Below are positions 1 through 10,632 of a stretch of DNA of 64,000 nucleotides, in pieces. Each line of letters starts with the position of its first letter. Positions within the stretch are counted from its first letter, which is position 1. The position numbers and the translations under genes were made by a program. Origin of the DNA: Ignavibacteria bacterium (GTDB lineage Bacteria; Bacteroidota; Ignavibacteria; Kapaibacteriales; UBA961); contig VGWD01000004.1 in assembly GCA_016873735.1 (NCBI GenBank), positions 29,798-93,797 on the forward strand, read 5' to 3'. Below the pieces are notes generated by a model that worked only from the letters and a program-made list of their open reading frames with translations, did no database searches and had not been told where the DNA came from.

Positions 1-581
1 TGGGGACGTACCTTGCGGTATAGTCTGGGTACTGTTTCGGTATTGTGATTGAGAATATCAGGCCTTGCATCAATGACTTTCTGCAAATTTTCCATCTTCC
101 CTTTGAAATCGGGAATCAACACTTCGATACTCACACCGGGATTCATTTCTCTTGAGCGACGTATGGTTTCCGCCCAGATGTCAGCACCACCATCAGGTCT
201 CTCATCGCGATTGACAGATGTAATGACGGCATGCTTAAGATTCATGTGTTGAATTGCTTCGGCAACATGCAATGGCTCATGTATATCGACTTCCATGGGT
301 CTACCTGTTTTTACCGCGCAGAATCCGCATGAACGAGTACATGTGTCACCAAGTATCATGAATGTGGCAGTGCCCGCATTCCAGCATTCCGCAATATTCG
401 GACAGCGTGCTTCTTCACATACTGTATGCAATGCCTTTGATCGCATCATGGTTTTGAGTTGTGCATATGTTTCGCCACCCGGAGCTTTTACCTTAAGCCA
501 TTCAGGGCGACGATTGGTCGGTAATTCCGTAGGTAAAACCGGTAATTCCAAAATGCCTGTTGTATGTGTTTCGATTGCCAT
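1..581 (-). CDS. lipA: Lipoyl synthase (runs off the left window edge)
   Basis: Not in the ORF track; read manually from ATG at 581: ...RRPEWLKVK...[17 protein letters not shown]...[19 protein letters not shown]...TSVNRD...[11 protein letters not shown]. Both the LipA CX4CX5C and radical-SAM CX3CX2C motifs are present. Confidence 0.96.
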   Translation of the reverse strand, partial: MAIETHTTGILELPVLPTELPTNRRPEWLKVKAPGGETYAQLKTMMRSKALHTVCEEARCPNIAECWNAGTATFMILGDTCTRSCGFCAVKTGRPMEVDIHEPLHVAEAIQHMNLKHAVITSVNRDERPDGGADIWAETIRRSREMNPGVSIEVLIPDFKGKMENLQKVIDARPDILNHNTETVPRLYRKVRP

Positions 582-603
582 GATTTTTTCTAGTATTGAA
601 TTA

Positions 604-611
604 CAAATCTA
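604..611 (-). promoter_or_regulatory. Bacteroidota-type sigma70 -7 element (TAGATTTG) upstream of lipA
   Basis: Matches the TAnnTTTG consensus 22 nt upstream of the lipA ATG. Confidence 0.5.
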
Positions 612-634
612 CCAAATTGCAATTGAGGATGCAC

Positions 635-2830
635 TCAATTCATTGCATTAAAAGGCTGATAATATCCTGAGTCCATTAACTTGAATGTTTGGGGATATTC
701 TTTTTCATATGTGGTATTTGGAGATGTACCTGCCGCCACAAACACTGTTCTTGCAGACATTATATGCAGTTCTCCTTTTCTTTCTTCACCGGTATGCTCA
801 AATTTCACCGATTCTATTGCTCCATAAGAATCTAGAATGCATTCAATCGGTGATAATTCTTCTATGATTGTGATACCTTCTTCTAATGCTTCATTGACTT
901 CTTCATGATTCAATTTATAAGCAGGCGATTGATTCAGCTTTTTACGATAAATCAATGTTACGCCACCCCATTCTTTGAGATAGGGAAGGAAATTGGGTAC
1001 TTCTCCTTTCATGCTCGACATTGTTCGTACTTCATGAATGATGTTTCCATGCTCGAAGAAACACTGCGCCGTAATGCGTTCTTCTTCATCATACATTTCG
1101 GTAAAGTAAGATGGGTATTCTTCCAACATGGTCTTAGCATGCAGGTAGAACTTCTCGACCTGAATCGGATAATATGCAAGTGTTTCTGTTGCGGTATCGA
1201 TGGCAGTGAGTCCGCCACCGATAACGATGGCCGGTAATGACACTTGTAGATTTGCCATCGAGTCCATTCTTGCCGCGCCTGTCAATTGCAAAGCCATGAG
1301 AAAATCCGAAGCTTTTCTAAGTCCTCTACTCAAATTGTTTTTCATGCGAATCAATGTTGGTTTACCTGCACCTGTTGCCAAGGCAATATGAGTAAATCCA
1401 AGTTTCCATGCATCTTCAATCGTCAAAGTACCGCCAAAGCGAACTCCATCAAGGATCTTGAAATTTTCTCTTCGTTCAAGAAGCAATTGCAGAACGGTCA
1501 GGAAGTTTTTATCCCATCGTGAAGTGATGCCATATTCGCTCACACCGCCGAATCCTGATATGATTCGATCATCCAATTCCTTTTCAATTGTTGCTTTGAA
1601 GGACGGCAGCGGATCATCTTTTTTCAAACCATAGATATCGAGTGCTGACTCAATTTTTAATCCTTCTACTGCAACAACTGCAAAACCTTCATTCAATAAA
1701 TAATGCGACAAGGTATAACCTGCAGGACCCAAACCAATAACCAATACCTTATTTCCATTATAGGGAAGAGCATATGGTCTTTTCACATTCAATGGATTCC
1801 ACTGCATGAGTAAGGCATATAATTCCATTCCATCATTAAGAGAAAGAATATCGGACAAAACCGAGGTTTCAATTTTGGGAATATTGACCGGTTCTTGTTT
1901 TTGAAAAATGCAACCTTTCATGCAATCATTGCAAATTCGATGTCCTGTACCTGCGCACATGGGATTATCAAGCATCACCATTGCCAAAGCGGCTATTGGA
2001 TAACCTTCTCTGCGGAGAAGATGCATTTCAGAAATCTTTTCATCAAGCGGACAACCCTTTGTCTCAACTCCAAGTGGATTTTTCTTTATGCTTCCATCTT
2101 TTTCATGAATGCCTTTGGAACATGAATCTTTTTCACGTTCATGACATATCATGCAATAGTCAACTTGTTTGGTAATTTCTCTTCTAGTACCACGACGATC
2201 CGTCAAGGCAAAGCCATCACGCTTTCTATGATGATGTGCCTCATAGGACACCACCCCATCATTCTCATGTACAATAGCATGTTCAAGATGATCAAAGTCT
2301 AATTTCTTACCTACAAACTCACTTATCCAATCAGTGATGAGATTGTTTTCTCTCAAAGATAAATACAATAACTCAGCTTGATCGAGCATATCTTTTGCCG
2401 AATCACCTTGTTCAGATAGTTTCACGACGATATTGGAAAAGTCGAGCTCTCGATCACCTGAAGATTTGATGTTCAATGAATCAAGCAGGGATATAAACAC
2501 TGCTTCAGTATCGTTTATTGCATCATCGCCAAGAAGGATTCCCCTTCTTCTGATTAGTGCTTTTTTTGTGAAGTCTGCTTTTGCTTGAATCACAATGTTT
2601 TCAGCAACAAGTGCCTCCTTGATAGCAGAAAGCCCTTTATCATCGGAGATGAATGCACTGATATATAATTCAAAGACGATTGCCGTATCTATCAATGCTT
2701 GTGAGAGTGGTTTTCCGGTTAAAGCCCCCTTTTGTAATTCAACATATGTGGGCCATATTTCCGGAAATTGTTCCTGCATGAAGCTCAGAAATGCTTTGTG
2801 ATGATGTGCTGAGCTGAGTGTATCCTTCAT
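635..2830 (-). CDS. GltD/DPD-like Fe-S FAD/NAD(P)-dependent oxidoreductase, apparently lacking its C-terminal part
   Basis: Cys cluster YCMICH..DSC..GCPL..CAGTGHRICNDCMKGC; FAD fingerprint VIGLGPAG; GGVSEYGI; NAD(P) motif VIGGGLTAIDTA; ends soon after VFVAAG. Confidence 0.8.
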   Translation of the reverse strand: MKDTLSSAHHHKAFLSFMQEQFPEIWPTYVELQKGALTGKPLSQALIDTAIVFELYISAFISDDKGLSAIKEALVAENIVIQAKADFTKKALIRRRGILLGDDAINDTEAVFISLLDSLNIKSSGDRELDFSNIVVKLSEQGDSAKDMLDQAELLYLSLRENNLITDWISEFVGKKLDFDHLEHAIVHENDGVVSYEAHHHRKRDGFALTDRRGTRREITKQVDYCMICHEREKDSCSKGIHEKDGSIKKNPLGVETKGCPLDEKISEMHLLRREGYPIAALAMVMLDNPMCAGTGHRICNDCMKGCIFQKQEPVNIPKIETSVLSDILSLNDGMELYALLMQWNPLNVKRPYALPYNGNKVLVIGLGPAGYTLSHYLLNEGFAVVAVEGLKIESALDIYGLKKDDPLPSFKATIEKELDDRIISGFGGVSEYGITSRWDKNFLTVLQLLLERRENFKILDGVRFGGTLTIEDAWKLGFTHIALATGAGKPTLIRMKNNLSRGLRKASDFLMALQLTGAARMDSMANLQVSLPAIVIGGGLTAIDTATETLAYYPIQVEKFYLHAKTMLEEYPSYFTEMYDEEERITAQCFFEHGNIIHEVRTMSSMKGEVPNFLPYLKEWGGVTLIYRKKLNQSPAYKLNHEEVNEALEEGITIIEELSPIECILDSYGAIESVKFEHTGEERKGELHIMSARTVFVAAGTSPNTTYEKEYPQTFKLMDSGYYQPFNAMN

Positions 2831-3549
2831 TATCTACTTTGTATTCTTGATTGAATTGATGAACCTGTACGAATAAAATACAGACCATTTGGTGATGAAT
2901 CCAGAATCTGATTCACTTCATGATTAGTCATATGTTGTGCTATCATCACCCCTTTCGCATTATAGATATCCGAAAAGGTCTCTTGAGCTATAATATCTTC
3001 TTGAATCGAGGATGTGCCTTGAGAGCGATAAACCAATACATAGAAGTCTTCGATGGTGATTTGGCCAACGCCAAATGAATTGGGCAAAATTGTATGAGCT
3101 TTTTTCTCATCGCACCTAATTCTGAGTGATGCACCACCACGATCGGTTAACACCACTGAGTCTGTTCCCGTTCCCAATGGATATTCCCATGAAAACTTCA
3201 TCCACTTCTTATCTGCTTTCCATGGAGATACTTGAATCCAAAAGGTATCTGCTTTTTGCAATGGTTCTGTATTTCTGATATCGCGATATGAAAACATGTC
3301 AACTTGGCTCGAGAATGAACCATCCTTGTTCATGTCCAGAACCGCAACGGCATGCGCACCAGTAATCGGGTGCAGAGGTGGAATTTCCTTTTCCCCTAGT
3401 GCTGCATCAATTCCATCTGTCGCACCTTTCACAAATCCGATGATCACACTTGGTTTATCATTGGATGTATTGTCTTCATATGTCAAACTAAACACTTGCG
3501 CTTGTACCATTGCCGGAAATGTGATGAGTAATAAAATCAATGATTTCAT
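2830..3549 (-). CDS. Secreted protein with an Ig-like domain and a degenerate T9SS C-terminal domain
   Basis: Signal peptide MKSLILLLITFPAMVQA; GATDGIDAALGEKEIPP motif; C-terminal DIYNAKG...PNGLYFIR; GGAGG RBS. Confidence 0.7.
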   Translation of the reverse strand: MKSLILLLITFPAMVQAQVFSLTYEDNTSNDKPSVIIGFVKGATDGIDAALGEKEIPPLHPITGAHAVAVLDMNKDGSFSSQVDMFSYRDIRNTEPLQKADTFWIQVSPWKADKKWMKFSWEYPLGTGTDSVVLTDRGGASLRIRCDEKKAHTILPNSFGVGQITIEDFYVLVYRSQGTSSIQEDIIAQETFSDIYNAKGVMIAQHMTNHEVNQILDSSPNGLYFIRTGSSIQSRIQSR

Positions 3550-3570
3550 GATTTTTCCTCCTGATAGAAA

Positions 3571-3605
3571 TATAGGGTAACAGAGACGGACTCTGTTACC
3601 CTATA
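3571..3605 (-). terminator. Strong hairpin after the 1037-aa gene
   Basis: Perfect 15-bp stem TATAGGGTAACAGAG / CTCTGTTACCCTATA with a 5-nt loop; short U run on the minus strand. Confidence 0.75.
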
Positions 3606-3626
3606 GGATTTCGACAATGATGATGA

Positions 3627-6600
3627 TTATCTATTTACAATGATTCTCTTTGTGGTTACTGTACCATTGACATTTACAGTCATGGTATATGTACCTGCAG
3701 CAAGTTCATCTGTATTGATAGCCATTGTATTACCATTGAATGTTGCAGACTTTACAGTTGAACCGAACATGTCAACAAGCGCAACATGTACTGTACCTGT
3801 AACTGCTGTACGAACATTGATCAATGAAGAAGCAGGATTTGGATAAACATCAACTGATGTATTATCATCTTGTTGCTTAGCAAGTCTGATGATCGTTGAA
3901 TTGTTTACAACCAAATTCTGAGTTGCACCGATTGATCCAAGAACAGCACCTGTTCTAGCATCGAATGCTGTATATGTACCATTCAAACCTTCTGATGTCA
4001 ATGTCATTGGGAATGTTACTCCCTGAACACGAATTGTCATGTCATTGCTGTTTGTTGCATAAGCATTATTGCTAAAGCGTACATCAAACATGTCTGGAGC
4101 GATGACAGGTGGCAATTCAAAACGTGAAGGATTGACTGTGCCATTTTCAGAAACGCGAAGTGTATTGCTTCTTCCATCAATGTCAGAGACTGTGATTGAA
4201 GCAAGATTCAGATCGCCTGTTGGATTTGCAACTACTTTTGGTAATCCGGATCCTTTTACGCGATAGAAACCTTCGCCATAAACTTTGACCCAGTATCCCA
4301 TTCCTGGTACTACTTCAGAAGTAGCATAGTAACCACGATCTGTTGTATAACCGTACACTTGATCTTTAAGAGCTTCAACTGCACCTGTTGACAATTCATA
4401 GGAGATGTCATTTACATTTGCGCGTGTTGAAGGTGAACCAACTGTGTTCCAACCATTGAAGAGATAAACTCTTTCTGTTTTTTCGCTGAATTCAGGTACT
4501 CTTGAACCAATTTGTGTTTGATCGAGATTATCACCAAACTTCACAAAGTAACCAACACCTGGTTGAAGTACTTGCTTTTGCTGATAAGAACCACTTGCAA
4601 ATGTATATGGCTCAGTGATTGAGTTCGGGAATACTGCTTTCCAATTTGGATCGGATGGACGCAAAGGCAATGACAAGAAGTTCCAGCCTTTCTTCACAAC
4701 GGGATAAGATGCTGATTGTGGCAAGCGATATTCAATCAAGAATGACTTGATACGTGCATCACGAATTGTGAATGAGCGACCATAATCTCCATCCGGAGTA
4801 GCTTCTCGCATGTTCACAGTGAAGATACCACCATTCAATGTATCACGGAGATACAAGTCCGCACCTTCCGGGAAGTCGCGAATATCCCAGTTGATAACAA
4901 CAGGATAATTGTTTGCGCCATTTGCATTGAAGCGGCAGAGATATACAAGTGTAGTATCTGATGTGAAATCACGAATGTCACGAGAACGTGAATCTCTTCT
5001 GTAGTTCTGACCACTGAATGCATCCATTTGGATATCACCAAGACCATTAGGAGCTACTTCGAAACCATTTGCATCTTTAACCCAAGGTGTATACCAGCGT
5101 GCATAGAATCCTGTAGGAGCATTCAATCCATCATATGCATATTCACCAAACAATGAATCAGGAGCATCAGATGCTCTGTGACCGGAACCAAATACAAGAT
5201 TGGTTGAATCACCATTGCCATTGTTAGCTGTGCTTGAGTTACTTACTGTAATCTTGATACCTGGATCCAAACCAAATTCTGGTGTCTTTGGATTATTGTA
5301 GCTTCCTGGTTCAACAGGATTGCGAAGGTGAATGAATGTCACACGCAATTTGACCGGAGAAACTTTTGCAGAAGCTGAAGTTACTGTGATATATCCGGTA
5401 TAGATACCAGCATATTCAGCATCTCCACCTCTCAATTCACCTGTTCTTACATAGATTCTGAAACGCATTGGATCTTGAGCAGGCACGATTTGATTACGAG
5501 CATCTTTCAAGTTTGGAGGAACAGGACCATTGATACCATTATCAATGAAGTCAATATCTCCATCACGTGTGATGCTTCGGATACCAGGAGGAATAAATCC
5601 AGGTGCCACTGCTTGGAAAGATAACCAAGGTGAGTCCGAACGAAGGTTGATACCTGTGAGACGACTTCTTGTCGTTGAGTTCCAGAGAATGATATCTCTG
5701 AATGCATCTGTTCCATCGGTTGATGAGTCAATGATAATTGGCTTTGTCATCTCCCACAATGAACCGTCTGCTGCACTCACATCTTGACGTACTTGATCTT
5801 GACCGTTTCCTTGGAAATCGCGGAAAGAGATTTGAGGAACAGCTCCGATATTAATCCAAACCATACCTGGACGGCTTGGATATTCAGGAAGAAGATCTGG
5901 CGTCATGCTGATACCACCTAGACCGATAGAATCGCGCTTGTCTTTGCGATATGTTTTATTTCTATATGGATTATCAGCGGCACTTTCAGATACCAATGGG
6001 AATGGATTTGTAACGCCTACGCGTAAATCATTATAGGTCAAAGAGTCATTGGAGATGTACAATGCTGACTTATCTGCACCATTATAAATTGTAGGCTGAT
6101 TTGTCAATTGTGATTGTGACAATGTCACTTTCATGCGAAGGTACATCAACACTTCATAACTTCCATCAGGATTAGTTACAGGCAGTGGTTTTGTTGAGCG
6201 GCCGGTGATATACATTCTGCGGCCATATTTTGTTTCGGCACTCAATGCACCACGGAAATAGATACCGTAGCGAGTTTCGTCTGAAACATCATCAAATTCC
6301 AATTCGAAACCTTTTGCAAGTGCATTGGTATCGGATCTTTTTGGACCTGTGAATTGTGCTCCAACTGCTTCAAAAACACGACCATCATACATTACTGAAA
6401 ATGTGAATGAATAGATCGGTCCGCCGCTGAAACGCTTATCAACAACATTTTCAGAATCATACCAAAGATTCTTCATAAATACTGGGATTAAGACCTCGCG
6501 AACGCGATCATCAGCATATCCCAACCAAATTCTACCGTCAGAGTACAAGTTACCATTGTAATTGTTTTCTCTGCCTGTGAGACTCAGCACAGGAATATCA

Positions 6601-6716
6601 GCCTTTTGCAATGACGCTTGACTAAATAGGTTCACTGAACCCATCAATGCAATGCACAAGGACAGAAAAAGAAGAGCCGAACTACGTCTCTTACCTCTTG
6701 TCGCGGAAGTTTGCAT
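3627..6716 (-). CDS. T9SS-secreted multidomain protein with an N-terminal cohesin-like domain
   Basis: Start set at MQTSATRG (GGAG upstream); signal peptide; EVLIPVFM...IYSFTFSVMYDGRVFEAVG cohesin-like strands; KKGWNFLSLP/NGWNTVG repeats; CTD VYPNPAS..DMFG..LAAGTYTM..KRIIVNR. Confidence 0.8.
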   Translation of the reverse strand: MQTSATRGKRRSSALLFLSLCIALMGSVNLFSQASLQKADIPVLSLTGRENNYNGNLYSDGRIWLGYADDRVREVLIPVFMKNLWYDSENVVDKRFSGGPIYSFTFSVMYDGRVFEAVGAQFTGPKRSDTNALAKGFELEFDDVSDETRYGIYFRGALSAETKYGRRMYITGRSTKPLPVTNPDGSYEVLMYLRMKVTLSQSQLTNQPTIYNGADKSALYISNDSLTYNDLRVGVTNPFPLVSESAADNPYRNKTYRKDKRDSIGLGGISMTPDLLPEYPSRPGMVWINIGAVPQISFRDFQGNGQDQVRQDVSAADGSLWEMTKPIIIDSSTDGTDAFRDIILWNSTTRSRLTGINLRSDSPWLSFQAVAPGFIPPGIRSITRDGDIDFIDNGINGPVPPNLKDARNQIVPAQDPMRFRIYVRTGELRGGDAEYAGIYTGYITVTSASAKVSPVKLRVTFIHLRNPVEPGSYNNPKTPEFGLDPGIKITVSNSSTANNGNGDSTNLVFGSGHRASDAPDSLFGEYAYDGLNAPTGFYARWYTPWVKDANGFEVAPNGLGDIQMDAFSGQNYRRDSRSRDIRDFTSDTTLVYLCRFNANGANNYPVVINWDIRDFPEGADLYLRDTLNGGIFTVNMREATPDGDYGRSFTIRDARIKSFLIEYRLPQSASYPVVKKGWNFLSLPLRPSDPNWKAVFPNSITEPYTFASGSYQQKQVLQPGVGYFVKFGDNLDQTQIGSRVPEFSEKTERVYLFNGWNTVGSPSTRANVNDISYELSTGAVEALKDQVYGYTTDRGYYATSEVVPGMGYWVKVYGEGFYRVKGSGLPKVVANPTGDLNLASITVSDIDGRSNTLRVSENGTVNPSRFELPPVIAPDMFDVRFSNNAYATNSNDMTIRVQGVTFPMTLTSEGLNGTYTAFDARTGAVLGSIGATQNLVVNNSTIIRLAKQQDDNTSVDVYPNPASSLINVRTAVTGTVHVALVDMFGSTVKSATFNGNTMAINTDELAAGTYTMTVNVNGTVTTKRIIVNR

Positions 6717-6757
6717 GTGTAACTCCGTTAGATGATACATTAAAAATTATTATTTAT

Positions 6758-7876
6758 TTATTTACTTTCTATGTATTGAATATAATCGTTACCAAGCTTG
6801 AAGGCCTTTCTTCTGATAGCCTTCGTTGATCCATCAGTCGGGCAATCCGATTCGATGAATCGACCAAGAATATCATAGTAATCCGTGCATCGTTCTTCCT
6901 TCTCTATCTCTTCGTTGACACTTGAAACTGTATCCGGTTTTGATCTTCGAAAGAGTTTGAATATGGTCTCAGATCCTTCTTTGATTCGAACACAATCACA
7001 TGCTGTGGTTTTGGTTGAAAACTCAATCTTGCGTTCAGTTTCTTGAGTTGTGGTTTTCGCTTTACCTTCGATAGTCATTGCAAGATATCCTGCAATGCCT
7101 CTTTTCTGCTTTGTAAGTACAATCGTTGTTCCACGAATGGATGCTTGAACATCTCTGACACTGTCGATCATTATTTTTTCGATGAGTAATGAATCACCGG
7201 CCAAACAATCAATCAATATTGTGTCATTAGCTGTTGCTTTTCCACAAAACACTTCACTTTTGAATGAAAATGTTGTTTGTGTATCAAGGTGGTTTACTGA
7301 ATCTCTTAGTTCAGAAGGACTCGTAATTTGAATTATTGTATTCACGGTATCATATACTCTATTGAATATCTTTACCGATGAATCCACCTTTACAAATCTT
7401 GGTCCAATCCCAAATTCAAAACCCGGATCAAAAAATTCAATCTTGCAGACTGTTGAATCGGGACAGGTGGAATTAATCCATTCACCTCTTAAGGCAACTA
7501 AAGCACCATTACCAACCAAATTACCCCCTTTGAAATTTAAGTATCCAAATACCTTTGCCAATCCTATGGTATCCATACCAAAGAAAAAATTGTTCTGTGG
7601 TATCTGGCTACTTATTGTGCCGAGTCTTAAACCTGCAGTGATTCTTACTTTCTTATCATCAAAACGAATGTATAAGTCATAAGCCTGCAGACTGTCGATG
7701 CTTTCCAGCTTGGTATCAATTGTCAAAGTAAATTCATTTGTGTTTGCACCCAGACAATAATCACTTTCATGTCTGCTATTCAAATCAAATGAAACTGTTC
7801 TTGAAATTTGACCCCACATTGCTGTGTTGCTCACCATTAATGTGAGCAACACAGCAATATGTGAGATATATTTCAT
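6758..7876 (-). CDS. Secreted protein with a cohesin-like domain
   Basis: Signal peptide; FTLTIDT...LQAYDLYIRFDDKKVRI...LVGNGALVALRG cohesin-like pattern; degenerate CTD YYDILGR. Confidence 0.65.
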   Translation of the reverse strand: MKYISHIAVLLTLMVSNTAMWGQISRTVSFDLNSRHESDYCLGANTNEFTLTIDTKLESIDSLQAYDLYIRFDDKKVRITAGLRLGTISSQIPQNNFFFGMDTIGLAKVFGYLNFKGGNLVGNGALVALRGEWINSTCPDSTVCKIEFFDPGFEFGIGPRFVKVDSSVKIFNRVYDTVNTIIQITSPSELRDSVNHLDTQTTFSFKSEVFCGKATANDTILIDCLAGDSLLIEKIMIDSVRDVQASIRGTTIVLTKQKRGIAGYLAMTIEGKAKTTTQETERKIEFSTKTTACDCVRIKEGSETIFKLFRRSKPDTVSSVNEEIEKEERCTDYYDILGRFIESDCPTDGSTKAIRRKAFKLGNDYIQYIESK

Positions 7877-7885
7877 GCAAATGTA

Positions 7886-10609
7886 TTATCGCTTGATAAT
7901 GACACTGTTTGCTGCCTTCACACCATGCTTCATCGTAATTGTGTAGACACCTGCAGGCTTGCCTGCAAATGCATTCAATGTCAATGTCTCTTGATTGAGT
8001 GAGAATGTACCAATCACACGACCATTTACATCAGATACTGACAATACTCCGCCTTTGAATTCTGCAGGTACTGATACTGTTACTTCTTGATCGAATGGAT
8101 TTGGATATGTGGCAATAGCACCGGTTACACCGTTCTGTTGCTCAATATTCTCTTTACCAAGTACAACATCATTTACAATTACTTTCTCTGCTACAAGTTC
8201 ATCATCTGAATCAATCTTGATAAATGCAATTGGTTCATTGATGTTCAATACTTGTGGAGCAGCAAAGTGAACTGTCTTTGAGTCATTGATGATCAAGTCA
8301 TTGGTATTATTAGCACCAACTTCTGATGACATCACTTTGCCATTGAATGTAATAGAGAAAGCGAGTGCTTTGTTTGACTTTGCTGTTGCATATACAGGGA
8401 CAATCTTGCCACCATCATTTGTTGCAACAGGTGCACCAAATGCGATAGGTGATGAAGGCTTACCTGCAATAACTTTACCATATGATGGTATTGTGTCCCA
8501 CAACCAAGGAAGTGAAGGAACTCTACCGGCATTATAGTGAAGAATCAAAGCAGCATCCAATGCTGTTGCTTCATAATAAATCAGACGAAGTGGACCTGCA
8601 TCCGGAGGCAATGTTGTCAATGTTTCTGTAGAATCCCAAAGAATGCGGATACCGAATGTATCCATATCGATCGGACGCTTCCATGTTGTAACATCGGTCA
8701 AGTTGTCCCATGAACGTGAACTATAATAGTAGCGACCATTATGGTTTACGTCTGCATGATATGCATTTCCGTATTGAAGTGTGTCTTCTCTTAGAGAATC
8801 TGGCAAGCTACCATCATTTACCAACCAACGCATAACCAAGCGAGCATCATTAACTGTCACAAAACGATTTTGTGGCATGCCTGCATGCTTACGTGTACGG
8901 AGCTGTGTCAAATCAGCATCACCATCACCCCATGTAGGAACTACAAAGCGAGGAATGCCACGGAAGAGAATACGACGACCTTCTGATGAACCGGTTCCAC
9001 CACTTGGGCGCCAGCCATCTGTCAATACTGTAGAAGTACGTGATGTTTGTGGTGCATTGTATGTCAAACCGTTTAAGTAGTCAGAAGAAACTGCAGGATT
9101 CATGGTACCAAGATTACCTTTGACACCAACTGAAGCACCTTTTACATTTACTTCAACTGCAGTTGTTTTTGTATTATTACCAACATCACCATATGCAAAT
9201 TCAATAGCACCTGCATAGTTGTTTGGATAACGCTCATCAACACCTTCATAGAAGATTGCCTGGAAGTTTGCCACAGAGTTAGGCAATGTTCTGTCCATAA
9301 CATTCAAATTCTTCCATTGAACTACCAAACGACGGTTTGGATATGAACCAACCACTACATATGAGATTTCAGAATTCATGTAGAATCCGTTTGCAGATGG
9401 TATTGTAGGTTCATTTCCAAAACGATAGATGTGATTACCCCAGAATGGAGCAATTACATTGAATGGATATGAAGAGCTGTTTAAGAACAAACCTTGTGGA
9501 TTGTCATTAACGATGTGAGAGAAAATTTGTGGGTTGGAGAATGTTGTATAACCATTCACGCAAATCCACATATTGCTTTGTCTTTCACCACCGAATGTAA
9601 AGTTAAAGTTGAACCTGTCCATGTCGATTGTGTAATATCCATCATCTCTGTCAGATCCAATAAGGAAACGTGAGAAGAAGTCATTCGGATTGATCGGAAT
9701 TGAACGCTGATAAGCTTCAAAACGAATTGTCTTCAAGGATGTACCTGATACAGGCCATGCTGTGCTCAAATCTTTTGAAGTTGAAGCTGTTGTTTGGTCT
9801 GACCATGACAAACCATTTACCCAACGAGCTTTTTCATCATCATTGATACCTACCGCTGCACCAACCGCGTCTGTTGCCAAACCGGTAAATGCACCATATG
9901 CAAATTCAAAATCTGCATGCTTATTGTAGTTTGCAAGATTGAAAGTAACATCACCGGGTACATTTCTTTCATAGAATGTAACCTGGAAACTTCCTACTCT
10001 TCTTGCATCATTCCCGTCATTCTTTACATTGACATTCAAATTTTTCCATTGAATTGTCAATCTTCTCTTTGGAGCAGAACCCCAAACTTTCCATGTTACT
10101 TCTGATGGAGTAAATCCTACATCAGAAGCAGTTCTTACAATGTGATTACCCCAATATGGAGCAATAACCATTGTATTGTTATCGCCTTTGAACAATTCAG
10201 ATGGAACATTAGATACACCTGCAATGCTATTCAAAGCAACATATCCATTTGTAGTAACTTGAATGCTGTTGATTGTATTACCAGCATAGCTAATATCAAA
10301 AGGAACTTCATTATTTGGATTGCCGGAACCAACAGACAGTGAATAATCACCCTCATCATTTGTTCCATTGAAAACTATGGCATTACCACCTGTAACTTCC
10401 TGATATGGAAGATCCACGCGATAAGGAGCCAAATAATATGTGCTCAAAGAGTTTGGAGCAATACCGTAATCGATATACAGCTTACCTGAAACTACTTGAG
10501 GAGCATCAAATTCATCGAAAATTCGTTGAGCTGTTGCATACTGAGATGCGGAAGCAAGCAGTAGCGGCGCAGCAAGCAACGATATACATTTTTTTATAAA
10601 ATTTCTCAT
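7886..10609 (-). CDS. T9SS-secreted protein: 2x NIDO-like domains, dockerin-like domain, cohesin-like domain, CTD
   Basis: Start at MRNF (GGAGA RBS); two repeats of F..G....I...NGY..IAP(Y/F)WGNH..QWKNL..FQ..FYE..EFAYG; WGDGDAD..VTVNDARLVMRWL..ADVNHNG..TALDAALILHY; CTD YPNPF..DVNGR..AGVYTI. Confidence 0.78.
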   Translation of the reverse strand: MRNFIKKCISLLAAPLLLASASQYATAQRIFDEFDAPQVVSGKLYIDYGIAPNSLSTYYLAPYRVDLPYQEVTGGNAIVFNGTNDEGDYSLSVGSGNPNNEVPFDISYAGNTINSIQVTTNGYVALNSIAGVSNVPSELFKGDNNTMVIAPYWGNHIVRTASDVGFTPSEVTWKVWGSAPKRRLTIQWKNLNVNVKNDGNDARRVGSFQVTFYERNVPGDVTFNLANYNKHADFEFAYGAFTGLATDAVGAAVGINDDEKARWVNGLSWSDQTTASTSKDLSTAWPVSGTSLKTIRFEAYQRSIPINPNDFFSRFLIGSDRDDGYYTIDMDRFNFNFTFGGERQSNMWICVNGYTTFSNPQIFSHIVNDNPQGLFLNSSSYPFNVIAPFWGNHIYRFGNEPTIPSANGFYMNSEISYVVVGSYPNRRLVVQWKNLNVMDRTLPNSVANFQAIFYEGVDERYPNNYAGAIEFAYGDVGNNTKTTAVEVNVKGASVGVKGNLGTMNPAVSSDYLNGLTYNAPQTSRTSTVLTDGWRPSGGTGSSEGRRILFRGIPRFVVPTWGDGDADLTQLRTRKHAGMPQNRFVTVNDARLVMRWLVNDGSLPDSLREDTLQYGNAYHADVNHNGRYYYSSRSWDNLTDVTTWKRPIDMDTFGIRILWDSTETLTTLPPDAGPLRLIYYEATALDAALILHYNAGRVPSLPWLWDTIPSYGKVIAGKPSSPIAFGAPVATNDGGKIVPVYATAKSNKALAFSITFNGKVMSSEVGANNTNDLIINDSKTVHFAAPQVLNINEPIAFIKIDSDDELVAEKVIVNDVVLGKENIEQQNGVTGAIATYPNPFDQEVTVSVPAEFKGGVLSVSDVNGRVIGTFSLNQETLTLNAFAGKPAGVYTITMKHGVKAANSVIIKR

Positions 10610-10632
10610 TGTTGTCTCCATTATTGTACTCA

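Noticed and set aside
49-651. Plus-strand ORFs 49..252 and 295..651
   Set aside because: Antisense shadows of lipA, which has unambiguous motifs on the minus strand.
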